A stretch of 64,000 bases of DNA from the NCBI GenBank assembly GCA_013265495.1, contig MU057724.1, positions 310,001 through 374,000 on the forward strand. The letters are read 5' to 3'. Shown here one piece after another: positions 48,471 through 60,760 of this stretch. The stretch comes from Vicugna vicugna (taxonomy: Eukaryota). The notes below the pieces were generated by a model. It was not told the origin of the DNA. It saw only the letters and a list, made by a program, of their open reading frames with translations, and did no database searches. Position 1 is the first letter of the stretch; each line of letters begins with the position of its first letter. A program made the position numbers and the translations under genes.

Positions 48471-50000
48471 TAAAGTGGAGAATTATTTAGCCACAAAAAA
48501 GGGAAATTCTGCCAATTACTAAAACACAGATTGGCCTTTGAGGGCATTATGCTAAGTGAAATAAGTCAGAAAGAAGAAAATAGATACTGTGTGATATCAC
48601 TTACTCGTAGAGTCTAAAATACCCAACTCACAGATACAGAGAACAGACTGGCAGCTGCCAGAGAGGGTGTGCAGAGGGGCCAAATGGGTGAAGGGGGCCA
48701 GCCAGTGCACACCTCCAGCTATGAACAAATGGGCTTGCAGGTGTGATTTACAGCACAGAGGCGAGTCACCACTGCCGGATTATACATTTCAAAGTTGCCC
48801 AAGGAGCACAGAGGTTCTCACTGCAAGGAGAAAATCGAAACCATGTGAAATGCTGTTGCTAGACTCATTGTGGTGATGGTTTCACACATACACGTGTGTC
48901 TGATCAGCACACTGCACGCCTGTGACAAATACACTGTGCTAAGTGTATCTCACGAAAACGGGGGAGAAAAACATTCATTAATATGAATGGTTATAAAATA
49001 AACAAATAAAATCAGTAGCTTTCTGATATACCACATTGTTACAGAGACAATACAGAGCAAAATCCATTTACAACTAAAGTGCATCTAATACCCAGAAATG
49101 GCCTTAGTGGGAAATGTGCAGGAACTGTATGAGCAGAACTGCAACGCTATGTAACAGTGTGAGAGAAAGACTTGAGAACACGGGTGAAGACCTGAATAAA
49201 AGGAGGGGCCCCCCACAGAGAAAGTGGCTTAATTTTTTTAGAGGTCAACTTGGTTTAATCCCTCTGTGCTGTGGAAAGGGCTGTGACACAATGATTCTAA
49301 ATTTCACTCTGAAGAATAAACATACAAAAGTATAGCTTGAAAAATTCTTAAAAACAAAAACACTAAGAAGAAACACTGCCTTACCAAATGTTAAAATGTA
49401 TCTTATAGTTGCTGGAATTGATACAATGTGGTACTGGATGAGAAACAGGTGGTTAAGTAACAAATTAAAACATACAACCTCAGACCCAATTTGTACAGAG
49501 ATTTGCATCCGAAAAAGTTAGGAACTTGAATTAGTGAGGAACAGATGCATTAGTGAATGAATGTCCAATAAATAAGCATTTAGGGAAAAAACGTCATTTC
49601 TAAAGTGCCCTTCGCATTATTTACACTTGTTTAAAAAAGAAACTATAAAAAGTAACAGAAGAAAACATGGGCAGATTTTAAAGACAATACTGGGAAGGAG
49701 AAGGCCTTTCTAAGAGTGGCCGCAGTAACGCACGGCCAGCATCCTCTTTAACTACAGAAAACACCAACTACTTCTGCACGGAACCAACAGCCCAAGTGAG
49801 AAGGACAAGCGCCAGCAGGGAAGGCGCCCTCCGCACACGGGACGGGCAGAGGTCCACTGCCCTTCCTGCACAAAAAGTCCTGCAAATCGGTAAGAAAATG
49901 CACCCCAACAGACAAATGGGCAAAATACAGGAATACACACACTTTGGCAGTTAAAATAAAAACCAGCAGGAGACCAAGATCAGAAAAGTTAAGGAACTAA
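48470..50000 (+). mobile_element. LINE-1 fragments (3' UTR, then older ORF2 pieces)
   Basis: gggcattatgctaagtgaaataagtcaga, ctcacagatacagagaacagactggcagctgccagag, aaatcagtagcttttctgatatacc. Confidence 0.8.
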
Positions 50001-50039
50001 CAGTAAACTTGGGAGATAAAAGTACAGAACGGACACTTC

Positions 50040-50625
50040 GGCTGTTTCCATGTCTTGGCTACTGAATGGAAGCGACCTAAACATCCATGGACAGATGACT
50101 GGATAAACAAGACGTGGTGTGTGTGCATGATGGACACTACTCAGCCGTGAAAAAGGACGAAATGATGCTATCAGCAGCAAAACAAATGGACCCGGATGGA
50201 GATCGTCATTCTAACTGGAGTATGCCAGAAACAGAAAGAAAAATACCACATGAGATTGCTCACATGTGGAATCTTAAAAAACAAAACAAAACAACAACAA
50301 CAACAACAAAACCTTATTTACAAAACAGAAGCAGACTCACAGACACAGAAAACAAACCTATGGTTACTGGGTGGGAAGGGGTGGGAAGGGATAAACGGGG
50401 AGTTTGAGATTTGCGGATACTGACTAGTACATATAAAATAGGCAAACAAATTTATACCGTACAGCATAGGGAGCCATAATCAATATGCTGTAGCTACGGT
50501 GAAAGAGAGTATGAAAACGAATATATGTATGTTCACGTATGACTGGAGCATTGTGCTGTACACCAGAAATTGGCACAACATTGTAAACTGACTATACTTC
50601 AGTAAAATCATATATATATTTTAAA
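50040..50625 (+). mobile_element. Relatively well preserved LINE-1 3' end with internal (CAA)n and G-rich tract
   Basis: atggaagcgacctaaacatccatggacagatgactggataaac, ttatttacaaaacagaagcagactcacagacacagaaaacaaacctatggttac. Confidence 0.9.
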
Positions 50626-50823
50626 AGAACAGACTGGAATTCTCACCAGTGGAGTTAATAAAGTGCCTTTGTTATGGTGCAAAGCCTTTCAAGTTGCACT
50701 CTGTTGCTTCAAGAAATACGTGTATTATAAACAGTGATTCTAACCCCACGAAAGGTGCTTCTTTAGAAAAAGGTGTCTTTACCCTCAACTATGCCTGGAA
50801 TCAGAGCCTTCGGCCTCCTGCGC

Positions 50824-50915
50824 GCCCCGAGGACGGGAGCCTGGAGGATGGGAGCCCCGAGGACAGGAGCCCCGAGGATAGGAGCCCTGAGGACAGGAGC
50901 CCCGAGGACAGGAGC
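50824..50915. repeat. 15-bp minisatellite, 6 copies (consensus GCCCCGAGGACAGGA)
   Basis: Units: gccccgaggacggga, gcctggaggatggga, gccccgaggacagga, gccccgaggatagga, gccctgaggacagga, gccccgaggacagga. Confidence 0.95.
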
Positions 50916-51858
50916 GGAGGGAGCCATGTCCGCCCAGCTCTCCCCGCCCTCCCTCCGGCGTGCCCGCCCCCACCACAAGGCCACCCTGCAGCTTCCTCCG
51001 ACTCTGACATCTGCCACTGCTGTCCTGCTTTCCAGCTTCCAAAATGTTGTCCCTCTTGCTTTTCCTCCTTTTCTGTGCCCTTCAAGACTGTGCTTTTTAA
51101 AAACAAAACAAAACAACAGCCTTGATTCTGTCGCACCGGAGGGACTGAGGAAGAGGAGGAGGTGAGCACAGCTTCAACCCATCAGCTTCCCCGTGAGGCT
51201 GAACAGTTTAAAAGCTCAAGATGCTTCATCTCCTGAGTGCTGTGCGCCTCCTGCAGTTTTATTTCTAACTTTCAAGGGCAAATTCCTAGAGGCAGACTCC
51301 TGGGGTAAGGCGACCCCAACGCCCCCACCCCCCACAGGCGACGAACACTGCTTGGAATAAAAGCTTGTTAACCCCAGGCAGTCCTGCCACTACGGCGCTA
51401 ACGATTTCTGAGTGCCTACAGACCAGGTAAAGCTCCATGACTTTATACGTTTAGCACGCCAAAGTCGCCCAAATACTAAATGCTGATCTGCAGAGGTTCC
51501 GTGGGGGGGAAGGGGCCGTGCAGGAACACGTGGGACCTGAGGCCTCAGCCGTGGGGAAGGCTGGGCAGAAGCTGGTGGGACCCGGAGCAGGCCGGCCTCG
51601 GGCCGGGTGCACAAAGAAGGTCCCGGCGAAGCTCCATCCCTACACAGCAGCCCTGAGACTTGGGGCCCCGAGATCAGAAACAGTGACTGATGTCTCACAT
51701 CCATTAAAATCACTAATCTTCACAGGGTCTGTTTTTTGCATAATTTGATTTTGTATTTAAAGCTCCAGGAAGAGACTTTACTTTGTTTTAATGATGCGTT
51801 ATCTCAGGAATACGGCAACCCTGCTGTAAGCACCACTGTTGCAGGAGAATCCCATTAC

Positions 51859-52062
51859 CATTTTGGGGTTGTCCACAGAGGATTTCATGAGCTCCGACAC
51901 GGCAAGATCTGGATTTTTCAGTAGTTCAGCGTTGATTGCTTCTGAGAACACACTGTAAAAGTACTGCCCGTGAGAGAAGCTGACGGCGCTCCTCTGGAAG
52001 GCACCTGAGGACGGCATGCACACCTCCGTCTTGTCCAGGAGGAGACCCACGAGGCACTCACA
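51859..52062 (-). CDS. PRKDC: DNA-PKcs exon ~36 (204 nt)
   Basis: CECLVGLLL...[22 protein letters not shown]...VDNPKM; acceptor ctgcag, donor gtaatg. Confidence 0.96.
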
Positions 52063-52746
52063 CTGCAGAGAGGACAGGACAGGGTGATGGTACGGAGGTG
52101 CCCCGGCCACTGTGAACCCCGAAGTGGACAAGCATGGAGTCTAAAGGGGCCATGTCTGCGTCGTGGCATTTCCACGTGGCTCTGTTTTCTAGGTCTCACT
52201 CTGGGTAAGAACTCTTCCCTGGCCCCTGAGTCTCCACGGCTCTAGAAACATCCTGTGGCTGCTGCTCTGAGGGGAGATCTAGGAAGGGGACTGCTGGGCA
52301 CTGAGCGGACGCAGGGGCAGCAGAAGGGAAGACGGGTGGAGTCAGGGGACCCTGCACGGTGCAAAGGGCCCCGAGGACTTTGTGAGCACGCGAAACCCTC
52401 CCCCAGGGCCCGTCCCAAGTCTGCTGCCCAAAGACTTGCCAAGGATGAGGGAAGAGGAGGCCGCTGTGTCAGTGCAGGTCAGCTTTCACCACACAGTGCC
52501 CTCTGCCTACAGCCCTTCCAGAAATGAATTGGGACAGACAAAACCTCAGCTTAAGAAGAATGCTATTCTATTTCTTAAAAAAAAAAAAACAAAAACCTTT
52601 TAGGAAAAAAGCCCCCTCACATAAATCAGTTAAAGTCCTCGTGCAGCTAAGAACTCACCCAGCTAAGCTCCAGTTTTAGAGGCCCTGCGAGTGAGTTCCA
52701 CCTCACAGGGTCGGGCGAGCACGCGCGCGGGGGCTGTTTCTCCTAC

Positions 52747-52905
52747 CTGTCCTCCACACGCGAAGGCCAGCTCCAGGAGCCCCCCGGCCAGCCGCCTGCA
52801 GCCGGGGTCCAGTGAAGGCAGGCACTGCCGCTCATCTCCAGGCGCGATGCTTCTGAAGACCAGGGAGAGCAGCTTTGTGCCAAGAGAGAGCTGCTGATCT
52901 GCAGA
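52747..52905 (-). CDS. PRKDC: DNA-PKcs exon ~35 (159 nt)
   Basis: [53 protein letters not shown]; acceptor cttcag, donor gtagga. Confidence 0.95.
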
Positions 52906-53251
52906 CTGAAGTGGAGCAGCACTGAAACACCCAGCAGCAAGGTGTCGTATAGAAAAAGGCAGCCCCGCACCCTGCGCTCAGGAAACACCGACACTGCCTC
53001 CAGGTGTCGGGGACGCCGCCTCTCCCCTCGGCTGAGGCGCAGCGGCAGCCGGGGCCGAAGGCCCACAGAAGCTGCTGGGGACTCTCCCGTTACGTTCCTA
53101 AGTCCTCACACTCCCTTCCTTTCTTGTATTCTAGACGACACAGACACGTTTGGAGCAGGCATGTCTGCAACCTGCTCTGGCACGCTCTGCACGGATGAAC
53201 TGGCTGACGAGCGGAAGCAGCTGAGGGGCATGACGGCGGCAGGCGTGGTAC

Positions 53252-53384
53252 CTGAGCCGGGGCGACGGCCTGCAGAAAGCCGGCTCTGTGAAGCTGCTTG
53301 CACGCGGATAGGAGAGATGTCAGCTTGGCCCTGCTCCCGTGCACGTCCGGGCCCCACAGGTCAGCAGCACAGAGCTCCTCCATG
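53252..53384 (-). CDS. PRKDC: DNA-PKcs exon ~34 (133 nt)
   Basis: MEELCAADLWGPD...SACKQLHRAGFLQAVAPAQ; acceptor ggccag, donor gtacca. Confidence 0.93.
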
Positions 53385-53696
53385 CTGGCCATGCAGAGAC
53401 ACAGAAGGAGAACCATGACTTTACCGTCAAGAAAAATGAAAACTGTGTGTCCCTCCGTAATGCATCCCCAGCCTCCAGGCACCCAGCTCACTGCCCTGCC
53501 CACGAGAGCAGACACAGGTCGCCCAACACAGGCCCACGTGGGTCCCGCTGAGGAGACAGCGCGGGGCCAAGCCCCAAGCAGCCTCACCCCCGAGATTCCG
53601 GGAAGGACCAGTCGGGCAGGGGTGAGACACACTGCACCTGCCTGCGGCCACAGAGACCATCCCTGCAGCCCCCACGAATGGCAGGAGCAGGCCCAC

Positions 53697-53902
53697 CTCT
53701 GAGCCGGGATCGCCTCCCTGAGGCGCGTCTCCAGCGCGGCCCGGAGCGGCGTGGCCCTTAGGGCTCTCAGCAGGCCCACACAGACGTGGGGGAGGTGGTC
53801 CATGACCGCGACGTCGCCCACGTTGAAGCCCAGGCTCGAGGGCGCGCACAGCGTGGTCACCAGGAGTGTCATGAGGTTGGCAAGGTACGGGTCCTCCAGG
53901 AG
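53697..53902 (-). CDS. PRKDC: DNA-PKcs exon ~33 (206 nt)
   Basis: LLEDPYLANLMTLLVTTLCAPSSLGFNVGDVAVMDHLP...EAIPAQ; acceptor gtgcag, donor gtgggc. Confidence 0.93.
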
Positions 53903-54386
53903 CTGCACAGACACACGACCAGTCGACGCCGGGAAATCCACGCAGCCAACAGCCTGCGAGCAGGCTTCTGCCTGGCCAGGGTCGGGGCTGGCAAAGTCCC
54001 CACCAGGCCAGGCAGCGGCACTGTGGGCTCTGCAGGAGGACCTGACCCACTGGTGTCGCAGCCCACTGGGAACAGGCACCTGGCGCTGTCCCAGCGAAAC
54101 TGGCCCAGGAGCGGCCGTGGGCTTCTCACCCGGGCGCAGGACAGGGGTGACTTGCGGGCACAAGATTCACAGACACACTTTAAGACATCGGCTGACGCCT
54201 GCTTCCTAAGGCGGATGTGCGATCACGGCGTAAAACGCACTTGCCAGTAAAACCCTGGGGAAAACCACCTGGCCTTTACAACGAGGGTCTCAGGTGCGTG
54301 CAGAGTCGGCCATTTCCAAGAACAGGTGACTTCGCAGCAGCAGGCAGCCCCAAGGAGGCAGCCGCGTGCTCTGTGGGCGGGCCTAC

Positions 54387-54610
54387 CTTCCAGCCTTCAG
54401 GCGAGGCGCTGAGCAGCGTGGTGGAGAGCTCCAGGAGCCGGACAGTGACCGTGCACTTGCTGTACGTGAACCTCTCTGCCTCCTGGGGGCTGGGCCTGTC
54501 GCTGGCTGCCCCAGGGCCAAAGCGCTCCTCTGCCGCCGTGACATCGTGCAGAGCGATGCTTTCTAAAAAGAAAGCCACCGCCTTCCAAAGTGAAGACTGT
54601 GTCTCCGCAC
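54387..54610 (-). CDS. PRKDC: DNA-PKcs exon ~32 (224 nt)
   Basis: [23 protein letters not shown]...SPEGWK; acceptor ttccag, donor gtaggc. Confidence 0.96.
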
Positions 54611-54879
54611 CTGGAAAAAGTTACACTGAAATATTAACAGATTTTAAGAATTAAAAGAAAAGAAATACTTACATATGCTTCCTTCTGAGCCCATTAAGAT
54701 TAATGTAAAATTCCTTCATTAAGTATAGGCATGATACGTTTTTAGTCAAAATGTTAAAAGTTCAATAAAAGCAGAATAAAACGACAGTTATTTCTTCTCA
54801 TTTCAAAATCACCACCACCCGAGCAGAAGCCAACTGCAGACTCACAGTCATAACACGTCTACACAAAGTGAGGTCTTGC

Positions 54880-55140
54880 TTTGCAAACACTCCTTGTGGG
54901 CACATAAGTCAACACGCTCTTTTTGAAGGGCAATTTGGTAAATCATAACAAAAGCTTTAAAAAAATATGCACACCAATTTCTACCAAACGTTGAAAAGCT
55001 CACACGCTTTGATCCAGCACTGAATTTTATCCTCATGAGGTAATGGCGGAATTTCAAAGACGCGCTTCTGAGGATGTTCACTTGGGCGATGCTTTTAATA
55101 ATGAAAAACAACCTAACTGTCCTTCAAAGGGGCAACGAAG
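54880..55140 (+). mobile_element. Old LINE-1 fragment
   Basis: tttgaagggcaatttggtaaatc, ctttgatccagca, aacaacctaactgtcc. Confidence 0.55.
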
Positions 55141-56352
55141 AGACACGTCAGGATAGTGGCCCCAAAACAGGTGTGCGTGACCAGCCGTCTGAGGGAATCA
55201 ATTTCAGATCACGCCTCCCTTCCGGTCTCTGCCGTTCACGTCCGCCCTCCTGCGTGACACAGAGAAGATGGATACACCGGCCTCCTCCTGCACTCTGAGC
55301 GTGGCAACCATCCCACCGTAAAGACGTCGGAGCCCCACACGAAGGGACAGTGACAACAGGCTGTATGTGCTGAGGGAGTGAGCGAAGGTGGTGACTGGCT
55401 AAGGAATCCTCCAAGGTTACGGTTTCCAATTCAGTTTTTATCAGATTTAAAGAAAGTTAATCAAACTGCCAACCAACAGATTATTAATTTTTATGACAGG
55501 TGACTATATATTCAAAGAACTGAGAGAAAATATGTCAAGAATTATGTTTTCAAACCCCAAATATCCTTGAATCCAACAGACCCCACGGGCAGCACACACA
55601 ACACGTTCCAACCAGACACAGTAAAAGGGGAAAATGTACATTTTAGAATTTTTCAAAATTGGCACTTGTTTGTGTGAGTAAGTTTTTTTAGTACCAAAAT
55701 CTACATAAAACAAAAAAAAGGATTCTAATCATATAATTCTACCTTTTATCTGCAATAACGATTTATCAAGGTTTCCTGTGTCCGCGCAGCGGTGGTAACA
55801 AACACAACATGCACCAACAACTAATGCACAGAGAGCTCAGCACAGCAGAGCCCCGAGCAAACGCTCAGCCAGCTGGCGAGCGAGAACACAAGCACGGAAG
55901 TGCACAGCGCCAGGACACAACAGGTGGGGTGCAGAGCAGTCGCCGCACGTCAGGGACTTGGCAGGTTCCCAGGAAAGAAACTATTTTAAAGCTGAAAAGG
56001 CTGAGTATGAAAATACTACGGTATTTAAGTTCCACCGAATACATGTTTTTCAAGTAACGTTAACATTTTTATAATGAAATGCCGACACCTACAGCAGACC
56101 GGAAGTTCAACTTTTCCAGTTACTCAAAGCTGTAAGAAAAAACCGTTGGTCAACTTCAAAGCTGGGAAGAGGGGAAATTGTTTTTAACGTCTCCCTCCCC
56201 TCACAGGGCACGGGAATAAACAGCCTGGAGGCCACCCAAGTGTGGTACAGACACAGAGCCTGGCAGTCTGTGTACTGATAGATAAAGGCGTGTGTGCCGA
56301 CACAGGGCGTCCCGTGCAATTGCTTTCTTTCTAAAAAGCAAATTACATTAAA

Positions 56353-56373
56353 GTGTGTGTGTGTGTGTGTGTG
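56353..56373. repeat. (GT)10 microsatellite
   Basis: gtgtgtgtgtgtgtgtgtgtg. Confidence 0.95.
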
Positions 56374-57262
56374 ATTGAATTAAGTAAAAATCTTAAAATT
56401 CATTACACACATGTATACAAGTCAAAAAAAATCTTAAATACACGTGCAGGAAAGTACACACAACACTATTTTTAAGGTGTTTCTCATCAGGGAGTGTGAC
56501 TGGGGAGAAGGGCTGCGTATTTCCTACACTTTTTCCTTGAGTTTTCAAAATGAGGACACGTGAGACCTCCTAAAACTGCGAATTTAAGACATTATTTGCA
56601 ACTGAACAGCTAATACTGTTGATTTTAAAGCTTCACAGTCTGGCCTACCCTTCTGAGACCCTCACATTTAATGGCCCAGGTCGTGCTCATACTGGAGTCA
56701 GGCTTTCCCAGGATGGGCAGCAGAAATCCAGTTTCCTGCCCCAAGCAGTGCCCGCCTCGTCCACCTGGAGCTGGAAGCCAGCGGGCTCTGTCCCGAACCC
56801 CCAAGCCCCACCCCCAACCCCCCGGCGGAACTTTAACCAACATTCGCCTCCTTCTGAGGGGCGAGTCTCAGTTCAGCCCCGAGAGAGCGGTCCAGGGAGA
56901 CCCCAGGAGACACAGACAGGCTGCCCCGGCCTCTGTCCCAGGGATGCTCCTGCAAGGGCCCAGTTCCTCCCGCCACACAATCACCCTGCAAGCGACGCCA
57001 CTGGGACAGGCAGAGCACGGGGCCGAGTCAGAAGGACGCCATGTGCCCCAGGCTCAAAACTGCAGAGGCCCCTGGACCCATGACCAGGGAGGAAAGTGGC
57101 AGTGACTGGACAAGTGCCCGGAGCCTGAGCTCTGGCAGGCGGTCCTGGGGCGGTGCTGCGGTCCTGGCCGGCAGCCAGCTGTCTGATCAAGGCCCCTCTG
57201 ACCCCTTTCCCAGGATGGCTCCCGGCCAGACTGGACGGTGAGGACAGGGAGGCTGCACCCAC

Positions 57263-57517
57263 CCAGGACCTGGGCCGCCCCAAGCGTCTTCTCGCCCAGG
57301 AAGGTGTTGTAGCACTCGAGCGCCGCCAGCAGCATGTCCATCCACTGCAGGGCAGCCCGCAGGCTGAACGGGCCCTGCAGGTGGAGGAGGGTGGGCTGGG
57401 CCAGGATGCCCGATGGCTGGTCAGGAGCTCCTCCGCCCCCCTCGAACGTGCGGACGACCCAGGAAATGCCTTCTCTCTCGATAACGTCTCTCAGCCACCA
57501 GGAAGGGGATCTGTTGC
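57263..57517 (-). CDS. PRKDC: DNA-PKcs exon ~31 (255 nt)
   Basis: [17 protein letters not shown]...[23 protein letters not shown]; acceptor tttcag, donor gtgggt. Confidence 0.95.
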
Positions 57518-58004
57518 CTGAAAAAAGAAACAAGATGAAAGCACACATATAAGTAACTTTCATGTAACTAAAATCATGTAATCACTATACTTAACAACAA
57601 CATCTCCCAATAATAAAAAAACAAGAGTTAAAAGTCTGGTATGTTAAAAATGTCATCAGACCAGAACAAGACTGGCATTATCTTCACACTTCAAATGTAG
57701 TTTCCAGAAAAATCCCGCACAAACACCTGACCAGTGCAGTAAAATTCAAAATGATCCGGGACAACCTTGTTTCTAACCACAGCACTCACCACTTGCCCAC
57801 TAGTAACTGCCAAGAAGGCATTTCCACCAACAGCCATTCTCTTTAGCTTCTTTAAACATCATTAAAACAGCAGGAAACCACTTGAACATCTATGAAACTC
57901 ATGCTCTCTGCCTGTCTTTTCTTCAAATATTTCTCTCTTAAGGACTAATTTAAGGGACAAACACAAAGAGCAGTGACACGCTCGGTCCCCACCCTGCCTG
58001 TGCT

Positions 58005-58170
58005 CACGGCCATGGGGGCCAAGCTCCCCAGCCTCGGCTTCCTATCCATACTGAGACCCGCGACAGTACCAGCAGGCCAGCTCCAAAATTAAGTGAACTG
58101 AAGTGACTAACGTTTGAAAAAGTAACCAGAAAGGCACCCATGACACAGTAAGTGCAGTGTTTATTAAATA
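58005..58170 (+). mobile_element. MIR-like SINE fragment
   Basis: gcctcggcttcctatccatactgag...ggcacccatgacacagtaagtgc. Confidence 0.5.
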
Positions 58171-60097
58171 AAGTCAAATGATCTGCTTTTTAAAAGATGT
58201 TTTTCTTTTAGGTATTAGTCATTTTCCAAATTAAAGAAAAAAACATAGAAGTGTATTCTGCATGCACTGAAACCAGTGGCTCTGAAAAGGTCTAACCATT
58301 CTGACTGTAATGAAGTTGGCGAAAAATCCGCAACAGTCATGTACTTCTGATGCAAAAGAAGAAACGGGTATTTTTTGACAATAAAAAACCTATCACAAGC
58401 TACATCAGTAAAAGACTAATACCACATTTCAGGTTTGTTTCAGGAATGTTAAACCTTCCATTATTCTTGCTAAGACTAGACAAAGAAAATCAAACCACAA
58501 TAATGAGCAAAGAGGAGTAAGGAATGTAAACTCCACGGCAAGGGAGAGCTCAGAGGGCAGCAGCAGCAGACGTCGAGGAGAAGGACACAGCGTGGCGGTC
58601 GCTCCTCCCACCGCTCTCCGGCTCGCGGCCCACACACCCCACTCAGGTATCAGCATCCAAAGGCCCTGACACGCGGCGGGGCACAACCCACACCTGACAT
58701 TGCATCCCACAGGCCTGGGTGTCCAGGCACCTGGCACCCCACACTCCCGCAGGACAGAGGACCACTGGTCTAAAGAAACACCCAAGGCCGTCCCTCAGAA
58801 CTCGCTGGGGGAGGACCCAGCAGAGGGTGGGAGCCGGGGAGGTCAGGAAGGAGTCACATGGGGGCAGGGAAGGCTCCCAGCAGGCGCGTCCTGTTTCACG
58901 AGGACACTGGGGAGGTGGCGCTCCAGTCCTCTCACTGAAACACTCGCAGCCCTGCTGGCAACGAGAAGGGCAGGGGAGCCACCTGGAAACCGTGGCGCTG
59001 GCCAACAGGCGGCCCTACTTACCTAACGCCTGGGCCTCGGCTTCCTTACAAATAAAAAAAGAGGCCCCACCCTGCACCCCACCCACTCTCGACGGATTTC
59101 ATCGTGAGAACGACAACACATAAAACAAACTTCATTAACCAAAAGCAGTAAGCAAGTACAAAACACTAACAACGGTTTTAAACTCTCTCCATCAAACCCA
59201 CAGATACACACTTCTCTGTACGTGAGAGATTTCAGTGACAGCAGACACATACACACTATGATCTGAGTGGTGAAACACCGTGCAGATGACACAACCGCCA
59301 CACACAGCACGCAACCCTGAGCAGCATGACAGCCACAGCCACGTTCACAACGACCAGAGGGGAGCCGAGGGGGGTGCTCAGAGCCGTCCTCTGAACACCA
59401 CTGGCTCCCCGGGACACGCACACAGCACGTCCTGCTTCTGGACAGGGGCCTGGTGCGTGTGAAGGGGCCACGGCCGGGGTCTGCGCTGGGCCAAGCTTCC
59501 CCATGCCTGAGCTCCTACCAACCCTGGGTTCACCGTTACTTAAGAAAACAGAACAGTACGTTCACTCCTGAGAAACTCAGAAGTCGCTTCCGGCCTGTAA
59601 GCACAGGTCAGTGGTTTGTGCCGGAGCTACTGAAAAGCACTGCTTTCCTTTGACACCACAGTGACCTGGGGTCACTCAGACTCAGGAGCCTATTGAAAGC
59701 CTGTTATTACATGTTGAAATAAAACAGTAAGTTTTTCATTAACTATTAACAGGACTTCTAAATCTCAACTGAATACCACGATTTCTTTTAAATGGAGGAG
59801 AAAAGCAAAAATATAGTGGAATAAAAAAAAACACTGAGGAATTCTAAAGTTACTTTCTCTGTATCTTCTAACAGCAAAACAGCATTTTTTTCTTTCCCTC
59901 TATGAGAAATCCTTGAGAAACGTACACTCATCATTTAGCACCTGTCATATAAATGATCTGTAATGATTATTGAACACACTTCTTTGTATTTGTTAGAAAC
60001 ATACTGTCACCTAAATAAAGAAAAGATCTCTATGTGCATCTCTAACGACTGGCAAAAAAGCAAAGCCCACCGTAACAGGACATCAAGATCACGGTAC

Positions 60098-60231
60098 CTG
60101 GCAATAAAGGAACAAGTTTGTAGAAGAGTTCTATGGACTTGTGCCGACACTCTGTCTGGGGCCTCCCACAGCTGGCGAAAAGCCACTGGACCACGTCGGA
60201 TAAGCACAAGGATGCTGCAGGTGGAAACCCA
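60098..60231 (-). CDS. PRKDC: DNA-PKcs exon ~30 (134 nt)
   Basis: [44 protein letters not shown]; acceptor cacag, donor gtaccg. Confidence 0.95.
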
Positions 60232-60654
60232 CTGTGTGGAGAGAGCACACTGCATTTAACACACGCCCCGACAGGCAGCGTTCTGCTGGCCCAAGAGTCC
60301 AAGCACCACAGACTTGACTCTGCCACCCTGAACATGGAGAAACCTCAATAAAAGGCGTTCAATTCATTTTTAACATATTATCGTTACAATACAATCCAAA
60401 TGTAAAAAGGCATCCTTTTTTTTTCAACCGATGGAAAGATTAAAAAGCATTTCTCAAAAGAACAGCACCCAGCATTTTCACATTTCCTCTTCCTTGCACC
60501 CGAAAACAAAAGGGGGTTCAGACTTAGAGCAGCGCCTCTGAAGCAGTACCAGCCGCAGGCCCCGCAGACAGGCCGGTGCTCGCCCCCACCCCACACCTAC
60601 GGGAGCTGACGGGGGGCAGGGCCCAGCCAGCTGTGCGGCTTTCCCTTTTTCTAC

Positions 60655-60760
60655 TGTTTTCTGGGGGGCTGGTAATTAGGTTTATTTACTTATTTTAACA
60701 GAGGTGCTGGGGACTGAGGCCAGGACCTCGTGCACGCTACTGAGCTGCACTCTTCCCCAG
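60655..60760 (-). mobile_element. Camelid-type tRNA-derived SINE (internally deleted)
   Basis: ggtaattaggtttatttacttattttaacagaggtgctggggactgaggccaggacctcgtgcacgctactgagctgcac. Confidence 0.85.

Noticed and set aside
50824..50915. Possible CRISPR-like array or coding repeat (SPEDR repeats in ORF 50649-51125)
   Set aside because: Units are contiguous with no spacers, the context is a mammalian intron, and the peptide repeat simply follows from a 15-bp unit
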